Below are positions 34,518 to 46,684 of a stretch of 64,000 bases of DNA, piece after piece (the stretch's first letter is position 1; each line of letters begins with the position of its first letter). Origin of the DNA: Diplonema japonicum (Eukaryota; Protista; Euglenozoa: Diplonemea); contig OZ025707.1 in the NCBI GenBank assembly GCA_964019335.1, positions 1-64,000 of the forward strand. Reading direction: 5' to 3'. Made by a program: the position numbers and the translations under genes. Under the pieces are notes generated by a model that saw only the letters and a list, made by a program, of their open reading frames with translations, did not search any database and was not told the origin of the DNA.

Positions 34518-35702
34518 ATGATGAGGTGTGGTCTCCTCCTGGCTGCGGCCTGTGCGGTGAGCGGTCTGTCCCTGTCGCCCGCGACGGACAAGGTTGTGAA
34601 GGATGAGTTCATCTTGTTGCTGCACTCGAACATCACGGTGGCGGACCACGATGCGCTGAACGAGAGGGTGAAGGGGAAGAAGTTCTCTATCGGGAAGGGG
34701 TTTCGGGCGGTCCATGCGACTTTGAACGAGGAGTCCCTTGAGTGGGTGCTTGCTCAGGAGCACCTTGTGAAGAAGGTGGAGCACAACCAGGTGGTGCGCC
34801 TCGTGCAGGAGACCTGCAACGCGCAGCAGAGGGACGCGTCGTGGGGTCAGGCGAGGACCACGAACGCTGGGCCGCAGAACGTTGTGAACACCTTCGCGCA
34901 CAACCCTGACTGGGGCAAGGACATCGACATCTACATTGTTGACACCGGTATCAGGTGCACCCACGTTGACTTCAAGGACACCGAGGGGGAGAGCAGGTGC
35001 TTGTGGGGGGCGAACACCGCTGGCGGCAGCAACACCGATGTGAACGGACACGGGACCCACTGCGCCTCGACATCGGGCGGGATCCGCTACGGTATCGCAA
35101 AGGCCTCGACGCTGATCGCCGTGAAGGTGCTCGGGGACAACGGTTCCGGGACAACGGCTGGTGTGATCGCCGGTGTGCAGTTCGTGGCGGACAACGCCGC
35201 CACAAGGAAGAAGAAGTCTGTTGCGAACATGTCGCTGGGAGGTGGCTTCAGCACGGCGTCGAACAACGCTGTCGACGCTGCTGTTGGCACCGGTGTTTCC
35301 TTCGCTGTGGCAGCCGGGAACGACAACGCTGACGCGAGGAACTACAGCCCCGCCAGTGCCAAGGACTGCGTCACCGTCGGCTCCACCGAGCTCGCCAACT
35401 CGGGCGGCACCCAGGTGGACGCACGCTCCAGCTTCTCCAACTACGGCAGCACCCTCGACATCTTCGCACCCGGCTCCAACATTGTGGCCGCGTACTCCAC
35501 CTCCGACACCGCCTACGCCACCCTCTCCGGTACCTCCATGGCCTCCCCTCACGTTGCTGGTGCCATGGCTCTCTACGCCCAGACAAACAGCCCCGCTGAG
35601 GTCAAGAAGCTCCTCAACGACAACGCCGAGACTGGTATCCTTCAGATCGGGACTGGGTCCCCGAACAAGATGCTTCACGTTCCTTGCATTAGCACCCGTT
35701 AA
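34518..35702 (+). CDS. Secreted subtilisin-like serine protease (S8A, proteinase K-like) with I9 propeptide
   Basis: Signal peptide, IVDTGI, NGHGTHCA, AAGND and GTSMASPHVAG. Confidence 0.95.
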   Translation: MMRCGLLLAAACAVSGLSLSPATDKVVKDEFILLLHSNITVADHDALNERVKGKKFSIGKGFRAVHATLNEESLEWVLAQEHLVKKVEHNQVVRLVQETCNAQQRDASWGQARTTNAGPQNVVNTFAHNPDWGKDIDIYIVDTGIRCTHVDFKDTEGESRCLWGANTAGGSNTDVNGHGTHCASTSGGIRYGIAKASTLIAVKVLGDNGSGTTAGVIAGVQFVADNAATRKKKSVANMSLGGGFSTASNNAVDAAVGTGVSFAVAAGNDNADARNYSPASAKDCVTVGSTELANSGGTQVDARSSFSNYGSTLDIFAPGSNIVAAYSTSDTAYATLSGTSMASPHVAGAMALYAQTNSPAEVKKLLNDNAETGILQIGTGSPNKMLHVPCISTR

Positions 35703-36255
35703 AAAACCTCGGGTTGGGGATTCGATTCGCTGATTTATATTCGATTCCCCCTCTCCCCTCCCCTCCCCTCCCCTCCCCTCCCCTGAATGATTAAACCAAA
35801 TTCGTTGATCTTTTCAATCCCCCCCCTCCCCTCCCCCTGAATGTGTAAACTAAAAAGAAAACGTGTGGCGTTACCTTACTTGTGTTTTTTTTTAGACACC
35901 TTTTTTTATTGCTGAAGGAAAGAGAAATAAAAAAAACGAACTTGAAGACCAAACAAAAACGTCTCCGGTTTTGTTGAATCTTTGGACGCAACAACAGAAG
36001 AGGGCATCCAAGTGTGTTTGTTCTTGTTGTGGATGTGTTTGTGTATTTGTCAGTACGAATTACCAGACTTCGCAGGGCCCCCCAATCCTTCGTTCGAACA
36101 TCTCTTTCCTATTCCTTCTTCCCTTTTCCCTCTTTCTTTCTCTGCAGTTTTACACGTCTCGTATCTTATTTTTTGAGATATTTTTCGAGTTCGCATCCAA
36201 TTAATCCCCAACACAGTCCCCTCTACCTGTACAACAACAACAACAACAACAAAGT

Positions 36256-38784
36256 ATGGATCCGTCAGCTGCTGCGAACAACACCACCCTCACAAAAGAG
36301 GAGGGGAGGGTTGCCTTGGTGAGCGCTGTTTCAAAAGGGGACCTTGAGGAGATGAGGGAACTTGTTCTGGAGCGGGGTGTTGACCCTGGTGCAACGGACA
36401 GCGATGGTTTCACAGCCCTGCACTATGCTGCTCGCGAAAACAACTGTGTCGAGGTTGTGGCTGCTCTCGTCTCTTCTTACCACCAGGACCCTGGTGTCAG
36501 AAGCAACGATGGTTGGACACCTGTTCATGAAGCATCACTGAACGGCCACCTCGAGACAGTTAAATATCTCGTCGAATCTCTCGGTCAAGACGCAGGTGTT
36601 AAAAGCTACGACGGTTGGACACCGGTTCATCGAGCGGCACTGAACGGCCACCTCGAGATAGTTAAATATTTTGTTGAAACTCGCGGTCAAGACGTAAGTA
36701 TCAAAAGCAACAACGGTTGGACACCGGTTTTTCTTGCAGCAGAGAAGGGCCAGCTGGAGACAGTTAAATATCTTGTTGAAACTTGCGGTCAAGACGCAGG
36801 TGTCAAAAACAAAGACGGTTGGACAACTGTTCATGTTGCAGCGCAGAACGGCCACTTGGAGACAGTTAAATGTCTCGTCGAATCTCTCGGTCAAGATGCA
36901 GGTGTTAAAACCAACGACGGTTGGACAACTGTTCATGTTGCAGCGCAGAACGGCCACTTGGAGACAGTTAAATATCTCGTCGAATCTCTCGGTCAAGATG
37001 CGGGCGTTAAATGTAACAATGGCTGGACACCGGTTCATGCTGCAGCACTGAACGGCCAGCTCGAGACTGTTAAATATCTTGTTGATTGCAACGCAGGTGT
37101 CAAGAGCAACGACGGTTGGACACCGGTTCATGTTGCAGCAATGCAGGGCCACCTCGAGATAGTTAAATATTTTGTTGAAACTCGCGGTCAAGACGTAAGT
37201 GTCAAAAACAACGACGGTTCGACACCGGTTCATGTTGCAGCAATGCAGGGCCACCTCGAGATAGTTAAATATTTTGTTGAAACTCGCGGTCAAGAATCTC
37301 TCAGCAAAAGCAGCAACAGTGGTCAGACACCAATTCATCTGGCAGCACAGAACGGCCATCTCGAGACAGTTAAATATCTTATTGAAACTCGTGGCAATGA
37401 CGCAGGTGTTAAATGCAACGGTGGTTGGACACCGGTTCATCAAGCCGCGGAGAACGGCCACCTGGAGACAGTTAAATATCTTGTTGAAACTCTCGGTCAA
37501 GACGCTCTCAGCAGAAGCAACAGTGGTCGGACACCAATTCATCTGGCAGCACTGAACGGCCAACTCGAGACAGTTAAATATCTTGTTGAAACTCTCGGTC
37601 AAGATGCAGGCGTTAAATGTAACAATGGCTGGACACCAGTTCATCATGCAGCGGATTACGGCCGCCTCGAGATGGTAAAGTATCTTGTTGAAACTCGCGG
37701 TCAAGACTCTCTCAGCAAAAACAACACTGGTCGGACAACAATTCATCTGGCAGCACTGAACGGCCACCTGGAGATAGTTAAATATCTTGTTGAAACTCGA
37801 GGCCATGACGCAGGTATTAAATGCAACGAGGGTTGGGCACCAATTCATGAAGCATCACTGAAGGGCCACCTGGAGATGGTAAAGTATCTTGTTGAAAGGA
37901 GAGGTGCGGCGTCACGCTTTCTTTCCGTTTCGAAAAAGAAAAAGAAAAACAAAAAAATTGTTGAAACTCGAGGTCAGGACGCAGGTGTCAAAAACAACGA
38001 CGGTTCTACACCGGTTCTTCTTGCAGCGGGGAACGGCCACCTGGAGATAGTTAAGTATCTTGTTGAAATTCACGCTCAAGACGCAGGTGTCAAAAGCTAC
38101 AACGGTAGGACACCAATTCATCAAGCAGCAAAGAACGGCCACCTGGAGACAGTTACATATCTCGTCGAATCTCTCGGTCAAGACGCAGGTGTTAAAAGCT
38201 ACGACGGTTCTACACCGGTTCATCAAGCAGCAAAGAACGGCCAGCTCGAGATGGTTAAATATCTTGTTGAAACTTGCGGTCAAAACGCAGGCGTCAGATG
38301 CAACAAGGGTTGGACACCGGTTCATCAAGCAGCACTGAACGGCCAGCTCGAGATGGTTAAATATCTTGTTGAAACTCGCTGGCAAGGCGCAGGTGCCAAA
38401 TGCAACGACGGTTCTACACCGGTTATTCTTGCAGCGGGGAACGGCCACTTGGAGACAGTTAAATATCTTGTTGAAACTCGAGGTCGGGGCGCAGGTGTCA
38501 AATGCAATCACGGTTGGACACCTGTACATTACGCATCAAAGAACGGCCACCTGGAGACAGTTAAATATCTTGTTGAAGCTTGCGGTCAAAACGCAGGTGT
38601 CAAAAACAACGACGGGTATACACCGGTTTATCTAGCAGCTCTGAGAAGTCACCGAGAGATAGTTAAATATCTTGTTGAAGCACGCTGTAAAAACTGTGAT
38701 GTAAAAACGCACAACGATTTGACACCAAATGCCAGGCAGTATAGGTACCCCAGGCGACACAGGCGGATTCGATGCCCCAAATAG
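36256..38784 (+). CDS. Ankyrin-repeat array protein 2 (842 aa as an unspliced ORF)
   Basis: Same N-terminus as 30266, more than 20 ankyrin repeats, one in-frame A-rich insert. Confidence 0.9.
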   Translation: MDPSAAANNTTLTKEEGRVALVSAVSKGDLEEMRELVLERGVDPGATDSDGFTALHYAARENNCVEVVAALVSSYHQDPGVRSNDGWTPVHEASLNGHLETVKYLVESLGQDAGVKSYDGWTPVHRAALNGHLEIVKYFVETRGQDVSIKSNNGWTPVFLAAEKGQLETVKYLVETCGQDAGVKNKDGWTTVHVAAQNGHLETVKCLVESLGQDAGVKTNDGWTTVHVAAQNGHLETVKYLVESLGQDAGVKCNNGWTPVHAAALNGQLETVKYLVDCNAGVKSNDGWTPVHVAAMQGHLEIVKYFVETRGQDVSVKNNDGSTPVHVAAMQGHLEIVKYFVETRGQESLSKSSNSGQTPIHLAAQNGHLETVKYLIETRGNDAGVKCNGGWTPVHQAAENGHLETVKYLVETLGQDALSRSNSGRTPIHLAALNGQLETVKYLVETLGQDAGVKCNNGWTPVHHAADYGRLEMVKYLVETRGQDSLSKNNTGRTTIHLAALNGHLEIVKYLVETRGHDAGIKCNEGWAPIHEASLKGHLEMVKYLVERRGAASRFLSVSKKKKKNKKIVETRGQDAGVKNNDGSTPVLLAAGNGHLEIVKYLVEIHAQDAGVKSYNGRTPIHQAAKNGHLETVTYLVESLGQDAGVKSYDGSTPVHQAAKNGQLEMVKYLVETCGQNAGVRCNKGWTPVHQAALNGQLEMVKYLVETRWQGAGAKCNDGSTPVILAAGNGHLETVKYLVETRGRGAGVKCNHGWTPVHYASKNGHLETVKYLVEACGQNAGVKNNDGYTPVYLAALRSHREIVKYLVEARCKNCDVKTHNDLTPNARQYRYPRRHRRIRCPK

Positions 38785-38953
38785 AATACCCAGCAACCAA
38801 AGCGGCCAGTGCGAGGCACTTCGACACCCTGACGCTGAAACACATCCTTGTGGAAGACCCCCGAAAGACAATCCTGTTTCTCGAAGAAACAGAGAACCTA
38901 AGAAAGCACCACCCCGAAAAAAAACGAACTGTTCCCCACCCAAGTAACATGAT

Positions 38954-39003
<50 letters not shown>

Positions 39004-39373
39004 AGATACTGAGGTCCAGCACCCGCAGTAGCCAAAAAGGGAATAGAAAAAAGTGTAAATTTCAGGTTCAAAACAACTGAAGTGTAGTCAAATAGAAAAG
39101 AAAAAGAACAAAAAAAAAAAAGATAGAAAAAAAAAAAAAAAAAAGAAATGATTACATAAATCCCCAAACATCCCCCACCCCCACGTGCATCGATAAAAAA
39201 AAAAGGAAGAAGAAGTCTTTTTTTTATTCTAAAGCTTGTTTGCTGTTCGTTTCACGTTGATTATTAGGTTTTTCGGGCGGGTTTCTACAGTTCGGTGGTC
39301 TTTGGAAGCCTTCCCTTTTTTCTTTCTCCCAGTGAGGCACTGACACCACTACGACATTGTGGGGCCCCCCAAT

Positions 39374-40007
39374 TTGCACGCAACAACAGAAGAGGGCATC
39401 CAAGTGTGAACGTGATCCTTGTTTTTTTAAAAAAAGAATTGTTTTGTTCTTGTTGTGGATGTGTTTGTGTATTTGTCAGTACGAATTACCAGACTTCGCA
39501 GGGCCCCCCAATCCTTCGTTCGAACATCTCTTTCCTATTCCTTCTTCTCTTTTCCCTCTTTCTTTCTCTGCAGTTTTACACGACTCGTATCTTATTTTTT
39601 CGAGTTCACATCCAATTAATCCCCAACACAGTCCCCTCTACCTGCACAACAACAACAACTGACACCATCCCCTCCTTCTGCCCTTATTTTCTCTGACTGA
39701 CTTTGAACTTCTTGGTCGCAGCCTGTGAGCTTCTACCCCTTTCCTCTACCCCTTCTTTGGAGCTTCCCTGCCAAGGTAGCTAGCAAAGGCAAAGAGGGGG
39801 ACGAGGAGATGGAAGCCTAAGTTCCGACCCCCCCCTAAAAAAAGAAAAACGAAACTTTTTTGTTGTTTTTATTCCTCCCTAGTTTTTTTTATATTTTGCA
39901 TCAGGTTCGCCAAAGAAAAAAAAAAAAAAAAAGAAACGAAAGGAAAAATAAAGAAAAAGAGAACGGCAACCAATTTTAGATTTTATTTTATCATCAAAGG
40001 GAAGGGA

Positions 40008-40041
<34 letters not shown>

Positions 40042-40500
40042 ACTTCAGTTGGCTTTTGAACAATAATCAGAAAATATCCTCCACCCGTGTTCTAAAATGT
40101 TTCTCCCCAAAAGAAAAAGAAAAAAAGGCATTTACAAATCTCCTTTTTTTGTTTAAAGCAGCAAAAAAAAGTTGTAGGTTACCGTGGATGGTGGAAAAAA
40201 AGTTGGAGGTTTAAGTCGACGGTGGAAAAAAGTTATTTGGTTACCGGTACGTTGTTTTCCCAAAAAAAAAAAACTTGTTGAAACTTGCGATCAAAACGCA
40301 GGTGTTAAATGCAACAAGGGTGGGACACCGGTTCATCAAGCAGCACTGAACGACCAGCTCGAGACAGTTAAATATCTTGTCGAAACTCGAGGTCGGGGCG
40401 CAGGTGTCAAGTGCAATCTCGGTTTTACTCCTGTACATTACGCATCAAAGAACGGCCACCTGGAGACAGTTAAATATCTTGTTGAAACTTGCGGACGCAG
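39374..40500 (+). pseudogene. Relic of a further ankyrin unit (upstream region 39374-39659, two repeats 40273-40495)
   Basis: Copy of the ~29975-30255 leader without the ATG, plus an LVETCDQNAGVKC...HLETVKYLVETCG fragment. 3' flanks duplicate 39010-39250. Confidence 0.8.
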
Positions 40501-41220
40501 CAGTGTGATAAGAAAGAAAGCTCCCCCCCAAAAAAAAGAAATTTTCACTACCTAAATAACCTGATTTAAAAAGAAAATGGCACCCGCAGTAGCCAAAAAG
40601 AGAATAAAGAAAAGTGTAAAGTTCAGGTTCAAAACAAATGAAATGCAATCAAATAGAAAAGAGAAAGAAAAAAAAAAGATGGAAAAAAAGAAAACAACCC
40701 ACAATCTTATTTTCTCTGACTTTTAACTTCTTTGTCGCTGATTACATAAACTCCAAACATCCCCACCCCCACGTGCATCAATAAAAAAAATAAAAAAGAG
40801 GATCCTGAGGACTGGCAACCAAAGGAAAAAAAAAAGAAGAAAAAAAAAAAAAGGAAAATAGTTTTTTCTTATTCTGAAGCTTTGTTTGCTGTTCGTATAA
40901 AAAAGGGAAAAATAAAGAAAAGAGAACGGCAGCCAATTTTAAATTTTATTTTTATCATCAAAAGGAAGGGAGTTTTGAAAAAAAAATAACACGTTTCCGT
41001 TTGAACAATTAGCAGAAAATATCCTCCATCCGTGTTCCAAAATGTTTCTCCCCCCCCCCAAAAAAAATAAGAAGAAAAAAAAGCATTCACAAATCCCCTT
41101 TTTTGATCGTTTTTTTCCCCATTTTTTCTTTTCATTCATGGTCAAAAAAACGGCTGGGAGGGGGTAGAAACTGGGTCGGGGGGGGGGGGGGGTGTTTTGT
41201 GGTGGGTTTTGGATCAAGGT

Positions 41221-41320
41221 TACCGGTGCGAACCACAAGGAAGCAGTCCAAACCCTTACTTGCATGTGAGGGCGACATCGAAGCGGCAGCTGCCCTTCTC
41301 CTCGACTAAAGTATTTTTCT
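41221..41320 (+). repeat. Direct repeat of the last ~90 coding bases plus stop of the RAD23-like gene (25890-25990)
   Basis: taccggtg.ga.ccacaa.gaagcagtccaa.ccct..cttgcatgtgagggcgacatcgaagcggcagctgcccttctcctcgactaaa.tatttttctt at both loci. Confidence 0.9.
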
Positions 41321-41435
41321 TTTTTTTTTTTTTTTTTTACATAAATGTCTCTTCTTCTTTTTTTTTTTTAAATGTTTTCCATCCCACACCACAGGTATAA
41401 AAAGGAAGGAAAAAAAAGGGGGGGAAAAAAAAAAC

Positions 41436-43920
41436 ATGATCGTGGAATCCAACAGGCTCGAAGAGGGCAAGGAGAATGCTGCGGCCGACAACACATACGA
41501 AGAGGAGAGGGAAGCCGTGCCCATGCCGCCGGCATGGAAGGATTGCCCGAAGGAGGTAGACCTGGCAAAGAAGCTTTTCGATAAGTACAAAGGGGCTACC
41601 GGTAAGCTGGGGAGGCAAGCGTTCGAGCAGCTCGTGTTGAGCGTTGTTGGGACATCGGCAGGGGCCAAGTCCAAGAGACAGCAACGGCAAGTGGCCTGGT
41701 ACACGAATAGGGATGAACAGACAGACAGCACTGACTTTTATGTGTTTTTGAAGATACTTTCACTGTCTGGCGTGTCACCAAAACTCCTACGGATGGGCTA
41801 CGAGGGCGCCATGAAGCCTGCTGAGAAGGCCCCGAGCGGCCTGCCATGCCCACAGTGTGGGGAGGAGCTTCCCATTTCCTACATCAACAAAGATGAGAAC
41901 GAGAAGATAAGCGAAAACCAGTACATTCTAAAGCGTCTGGAAGACATCGACAGACGGCGAGCTTCTTTGAGAGACGACGCTCAGAAGTCAGGAAACGGGC
42001 TGGTCCTTGAGAACCTGGACAGAATAGAACGAAGCAAATTTGATACAAACAGCTCGTCGCCCAGGATTGACCCGAAGGTCAGCAGGCTGCGCAACGAAGA
42101 AAAGAACGAAGTCTTACAGTGCCTCGACACTCTCGTTGGATACGGGTTTGGAGAGATTGCAGATTTGAACGTCTTGGCAAGCAGCCTGCGAGGGGAGAAA
42201 GAAGAGAGGGAAAAAGAAGACGAGAAGGAGAAGGCAACAAAAAGGGAATCGTTGAAGGAAACACCTGATGTCATCAGGCCGTCACCCCCTCCTTCCCCAA
42301 GCAAGCATGACCCTTCTGCACCGGCATCTCCTACACAACCAAGAAAGCGGAGCGTAGAGGCACCCCCTGTACACACGAGACCTGTTCCCCCGCGCGCGCT
42401 TTCTGTGACGGCGGCGTCGCCACCCCGCAACCTGCCCAGAAGGAGTTCTGTGGCACCGTCACCCAAGACACAACGCACCAACTCTAATACGCCGACTTAC
42501 CGAAGAGGGTCTAGCAGCAGCACCAGCGGCCCGTCCACACCAAGAGGCGGCACGCTCCGGAGTAGCAGGAGTCTCGACATGACGGCCCTGGTGCCTACGG
42601 TAATGGAAAAAAAAAAAAAAAAAAAAAAAAAACAAACAAACGCACAGCCCCCCGACCCGCTCCCCACACCCTTGGAGCTGCCGGAAGGCCTCGTCAAGAA
42701 GGAGACCCTGAACCCCAGCACCCTGCGAAGGACAGTCTCGCTGACGGAATGTGTGAAGCGGGGCGACCTCAAGATGGTGAAGCAGTGGGTCGAGTCCAAC
42801 GGCGAGCTCAACGTGTTCGTCGACATGAAGACAACGCTCGTCCACCTTGCGGTCGAGAGCAGGCACAAGGCGTCCTGCGACATCATCAGACTTGTTGCCA
42901 CAGGGAACAACCTCAAAGCGTGGAACGAGTACGGAGAGACAGCACTGCACACGGCAGCAAGGTACGGACACCACGAGAAGGTATACATACACAAAAAGAA
43001 GAAAAAAAAAAAAAAGAAAAAAAACTCAGATCGCAATACTGATCGGCTGCGGTGCCGACGCCAATGTACTCGACTACAGGAAAACACCGGCGCTTCACGT
43101 TGCGGTGAAAGCCATGTACGGTGCGCCATGCGTGAGCGCCCTCGCAGAAGCACACGCCGACTTCAACATGCTCGACCCCAAAGGCTGCACCGCCTTGTTC
43201 CACGCTGTGACACCTGACATAGTGGCAGCTCTGCTGAAGGGCGGCGCAGACCCCACCAAAGAGGACGAGTGTGGAGACACTGCGCTCCACACTTTGATGT
43301 CCAACGGAGTCTTTGATGACAATGAGTACCACGAGGCGCTGACCGCCGTGGCGACAGTGCGCATCATGAACCACAAGAACAAAGCAGGCGACACCCCACT
43401 ACACAAGCTGGTGACGAAAGGCGACTGCGTGCTAGGCGAGAGGCTAGCGGTACTGGGCGCTGATATCGATCTTGAAAACCGACAGTGTGAGACAGCAATG
43501 AAGATCCTGCAAAGGAAGTGGCAGCAGGAAGCAGGGAGCAAATCACAACTTGTGTGGTCGGGAATGCTAATCTCGTGGGGGATGGACATAGGCAAAATGT
43601 CTCGAAAAGGCACCGCCTGGTACCAGAAGAATTCCTTTGGGTGGGATGCAGTACCAGAGGACGTGCAGCCCGATGCCACACATTTGCACGACCTTGCTAA
43701 GCTCGAACAAAATAACACGTTGATCTCAACCGACCCCGACAACCTCCCTCCGTGGGCGCTTACAGTGAGGAAATTCTTGCAGCCGGACAAGGGTGAGTGG
43801 AATACAACAACTGTTTCCCTCCCTCCCACCCTTCACCCTTGTCAGAGAGTCCAGTTGACCCTCCGGTCAGAACAAGGAGAGGAGGTCAGCTCTCAGCTAA
43901 GGGTGCTACCCGTTGTTTGA
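41436..43920 (+). CDS. Ankyrin-repeat protein with N-terminal EF-hand-like/CxxC and Pro/Ser-rich regions; exons 41436-42599, 42648-42980, 43030-43920
   Basis: Two A-rich GT-AG introns join ORFs 41436 and 42847; ankyrin motifs GETALHTAA, GDTALH and GDTPLH. Confidence 0.8.
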
Positions 43921-45869
43921 TGACCTCCCACAAGGCACCCTTATCCTTCAATGGAAAAGAGAGGAAAAAAAAAAAAAAGACGGAGGGGGGGAACAAAAAA
44001 AACAGGGAGGGTTTTTTTTAGTGAAGTAGGAAACTGTGGTTGGGATTAAAAATGTGTGGGGGGGAAAAAAAACATGCAAACAAAAAAAAAATGCTATAAT
44101 TCATTCATTCTTCAGTTCAACAAAGAAGAAGGGACTCAAAAAAAAAGAAACTTCCAATATTCTTATTTCATTTTTCTGTCGCGGGGGGTATCCGTCTGAC
44201 ACAGCAAAAAAAAAAAGCAAGAAAAAAAAAGAAAGAATTGACCCCCCCCTCCCCCCTTCCCCTCTAAGAAATCGTGTTGATTTGTGTGCCTTTTCTTTCT
44301 TTTTTTTTTGTGGCTTTCTGCAAACCAATCCAAATTTTATCAATTTCTTCTTTTTTTTTTTCATTCTCCCCTTTTGTTTTTCTTCTTCTTTTGTGATCCT
44401 TGTTAGAGTCTCCCCTTCTTCTTTTTAATACCCCTTTTTCTATGTAGTACGTGCCCTCAATCCTTCCCAGCACAGGGACAGGATGGGAGCGAGCGAAAGC
44501 GACAACTTCCTTAGCATTGTTCTTTTCCCTGCCTCATCATGTTGAGAGTTTTTCTTCTCCCCCCCCCCCCCCTCCCCTTTTTCTTCTTCTTTATTGATTT
44601 TTTTCTTTTTACCTAGTTCTTTATTAGTCCCATTTTCACAGCTCCCCCCCCCCCCCCCGCGCCAAACGATCCCCCCCCCTTTTATTGTCAGTAGGTCGGA
44701 GAAATATTTTTCTCTTTTTCTTCTTTCGAGGATTTTGAAAAGAAGGTTACCAGGGGAGGGGGGGAAAAAAAAAAGGAGGGAAACAAAAAAGCTTTTTTTT
44801 TGTTTTCATCAGCTATATCGTCTTTGCTAAAACGAATAGAGGCAGCTTGTTGGTCAACCATCGCAGGCCAACCCGTTTGTACAAACGACAATCGCCGACT
44901 CCTTTGTTTCCCCTTTTTTTTCCCCTCTTTTTTTTTTTCTTTTTTCTTTTTTATTTTATAAACATGTCTACACGACAGCTGTGGTGCTTCTTATTTCTTC
45001 CCCCCTGCCTAAACACGCAATTTCTTTGGTTTTTATTATTTTTTTTCTTTCCATAGGTATAACATTTTTGCCTTAGGTAGAATGGGGGAGGGGAGGGGAT
45101 AACTAAAAAAAGAATGTCTCAAGAAAAGTTGCCCCCCTCCCCCCATTTCCTCTTTGACACTGAAATAAGAAGGGAAAAAAAAAAAAAAAAAAAAAAACCC
45201 GCCGTTCACGGTAAGCAAAAAAAAAAAAAAAAAAAGATGCCCAGGCCACACATCGCCACCAAGCCACATATTAGAGGAGTGAGGGGAGGGGAAAGGATGG
45301 GGTAGTGCAGCTACCTGCATGAATCTATTACTTCGTCACTCGAACCAGTGGGGCCCTGTCTCGATCATTTTTGTAATGCGGGCTGTTTTTTTCCGGCTGT
45401 GCACAAACAACAATCAACTGATTCTTTTTTTTTTTTTTTTTTCCCCGCTACCGTGAATAGTGTCTTTCCCACGGGGGGGAAAAAAAAGAAGAAAAAAAAG
45501 TGGTTTTCTTTCCCCTCCCTTTTTTTTTTTCTTTGAGGGAGGAATATCTGATTAATTCACTCCGCACATGGGGCCAAGCCCCCTATTCCTCCCTTTGCAA
45601 AAGGGAACAAAAAAAAAAAGAAAAAAAAAATCACTACCACCGTAAAATGAAGAAGTGTCGGAATGGCAAATATCCGAGTTCTCTTTTTACAGTATATTGA
45701 AAATGAATTGATATTGCTAAAAAAAAAGAATGAAACGAAAAAAAAAAAAGAAAAAAAAAAGAGTAGAGGTTTGTTTCTCTGGACTTATCCTTCTACCGGT
45801 TAGCCCCCCTTTCGCTGTGCAAAAACCAAACACCTGACTCTCTTTTTCCTTGTTGTTTTTTTTGGAATT

Positions 45870-45902
<33 letters not shown>

Positions 45903-46454
45903 ACAGCTTCTAACCTTGTGACGGGGCAGCCTTCTTGTTGAGACACCCCCTGCTGTTTTTCTCAAAGTGTGCAGAAGGGAGAAAGGAGAGCGGTAGGAAA
46001 AAAAAAAGAAATTTTCTTTACGTAAAGAAGGAGGACACATAATTTTAGTTCTTGTTTAGTATCTTATGAGGTTTTTTTTAAGAAAGTGACGGGCGGCGGG
46101 GGCGGGCGTTAACTTGAATTTCTGTTTCCACCCCCCCCCCCCCCCCCCCACAATTTTGGGGAAAAAAGAAAGTCCTCCCGTTCGAAAAAGCGAAATGAAG
46201 AAAGAAAGAAGGAAAACCCCCCTCTTCACCTTTGCTTAAAGTCGTAGCTTGAGGGAGTGCATTGCACATCCTCACGAAAGGTGCGGGGGGGGGGGGGGGA
46301 TTATTTCAACAACAAAAAATAAGGGGGTAGCTGTGTGTTGCTTATGCTCTCAGATTCGCCTTTTTTTTTTTTTTTTCTCACCTTCACTCCCCGTTCACCT
46401 CTATCGGTCCCCGTTTTACATCCACCAAACTCTCCCCTACACCCTCAAGAGGGT

Positions 46455-46490
<36 letters not shown>

Positions 46491-46684
46491 CCCTGGGCGT
46501 GTGCGAGAAGATTTTTGATGTCATGTGCCAGGTCAGTGCGTGATGCGTTTCTTCCCCTTTCCCCCCGTTTCGTATGACTTCTTGTCTTTTCAAAGTATTA
46601 TACATTCTCTTTTTTTTTTACCCCTCTCATCTTTTTTTTTTTTCCCCCCGTTCTACCTCAGCACATCACAGCCCACCACATGAT

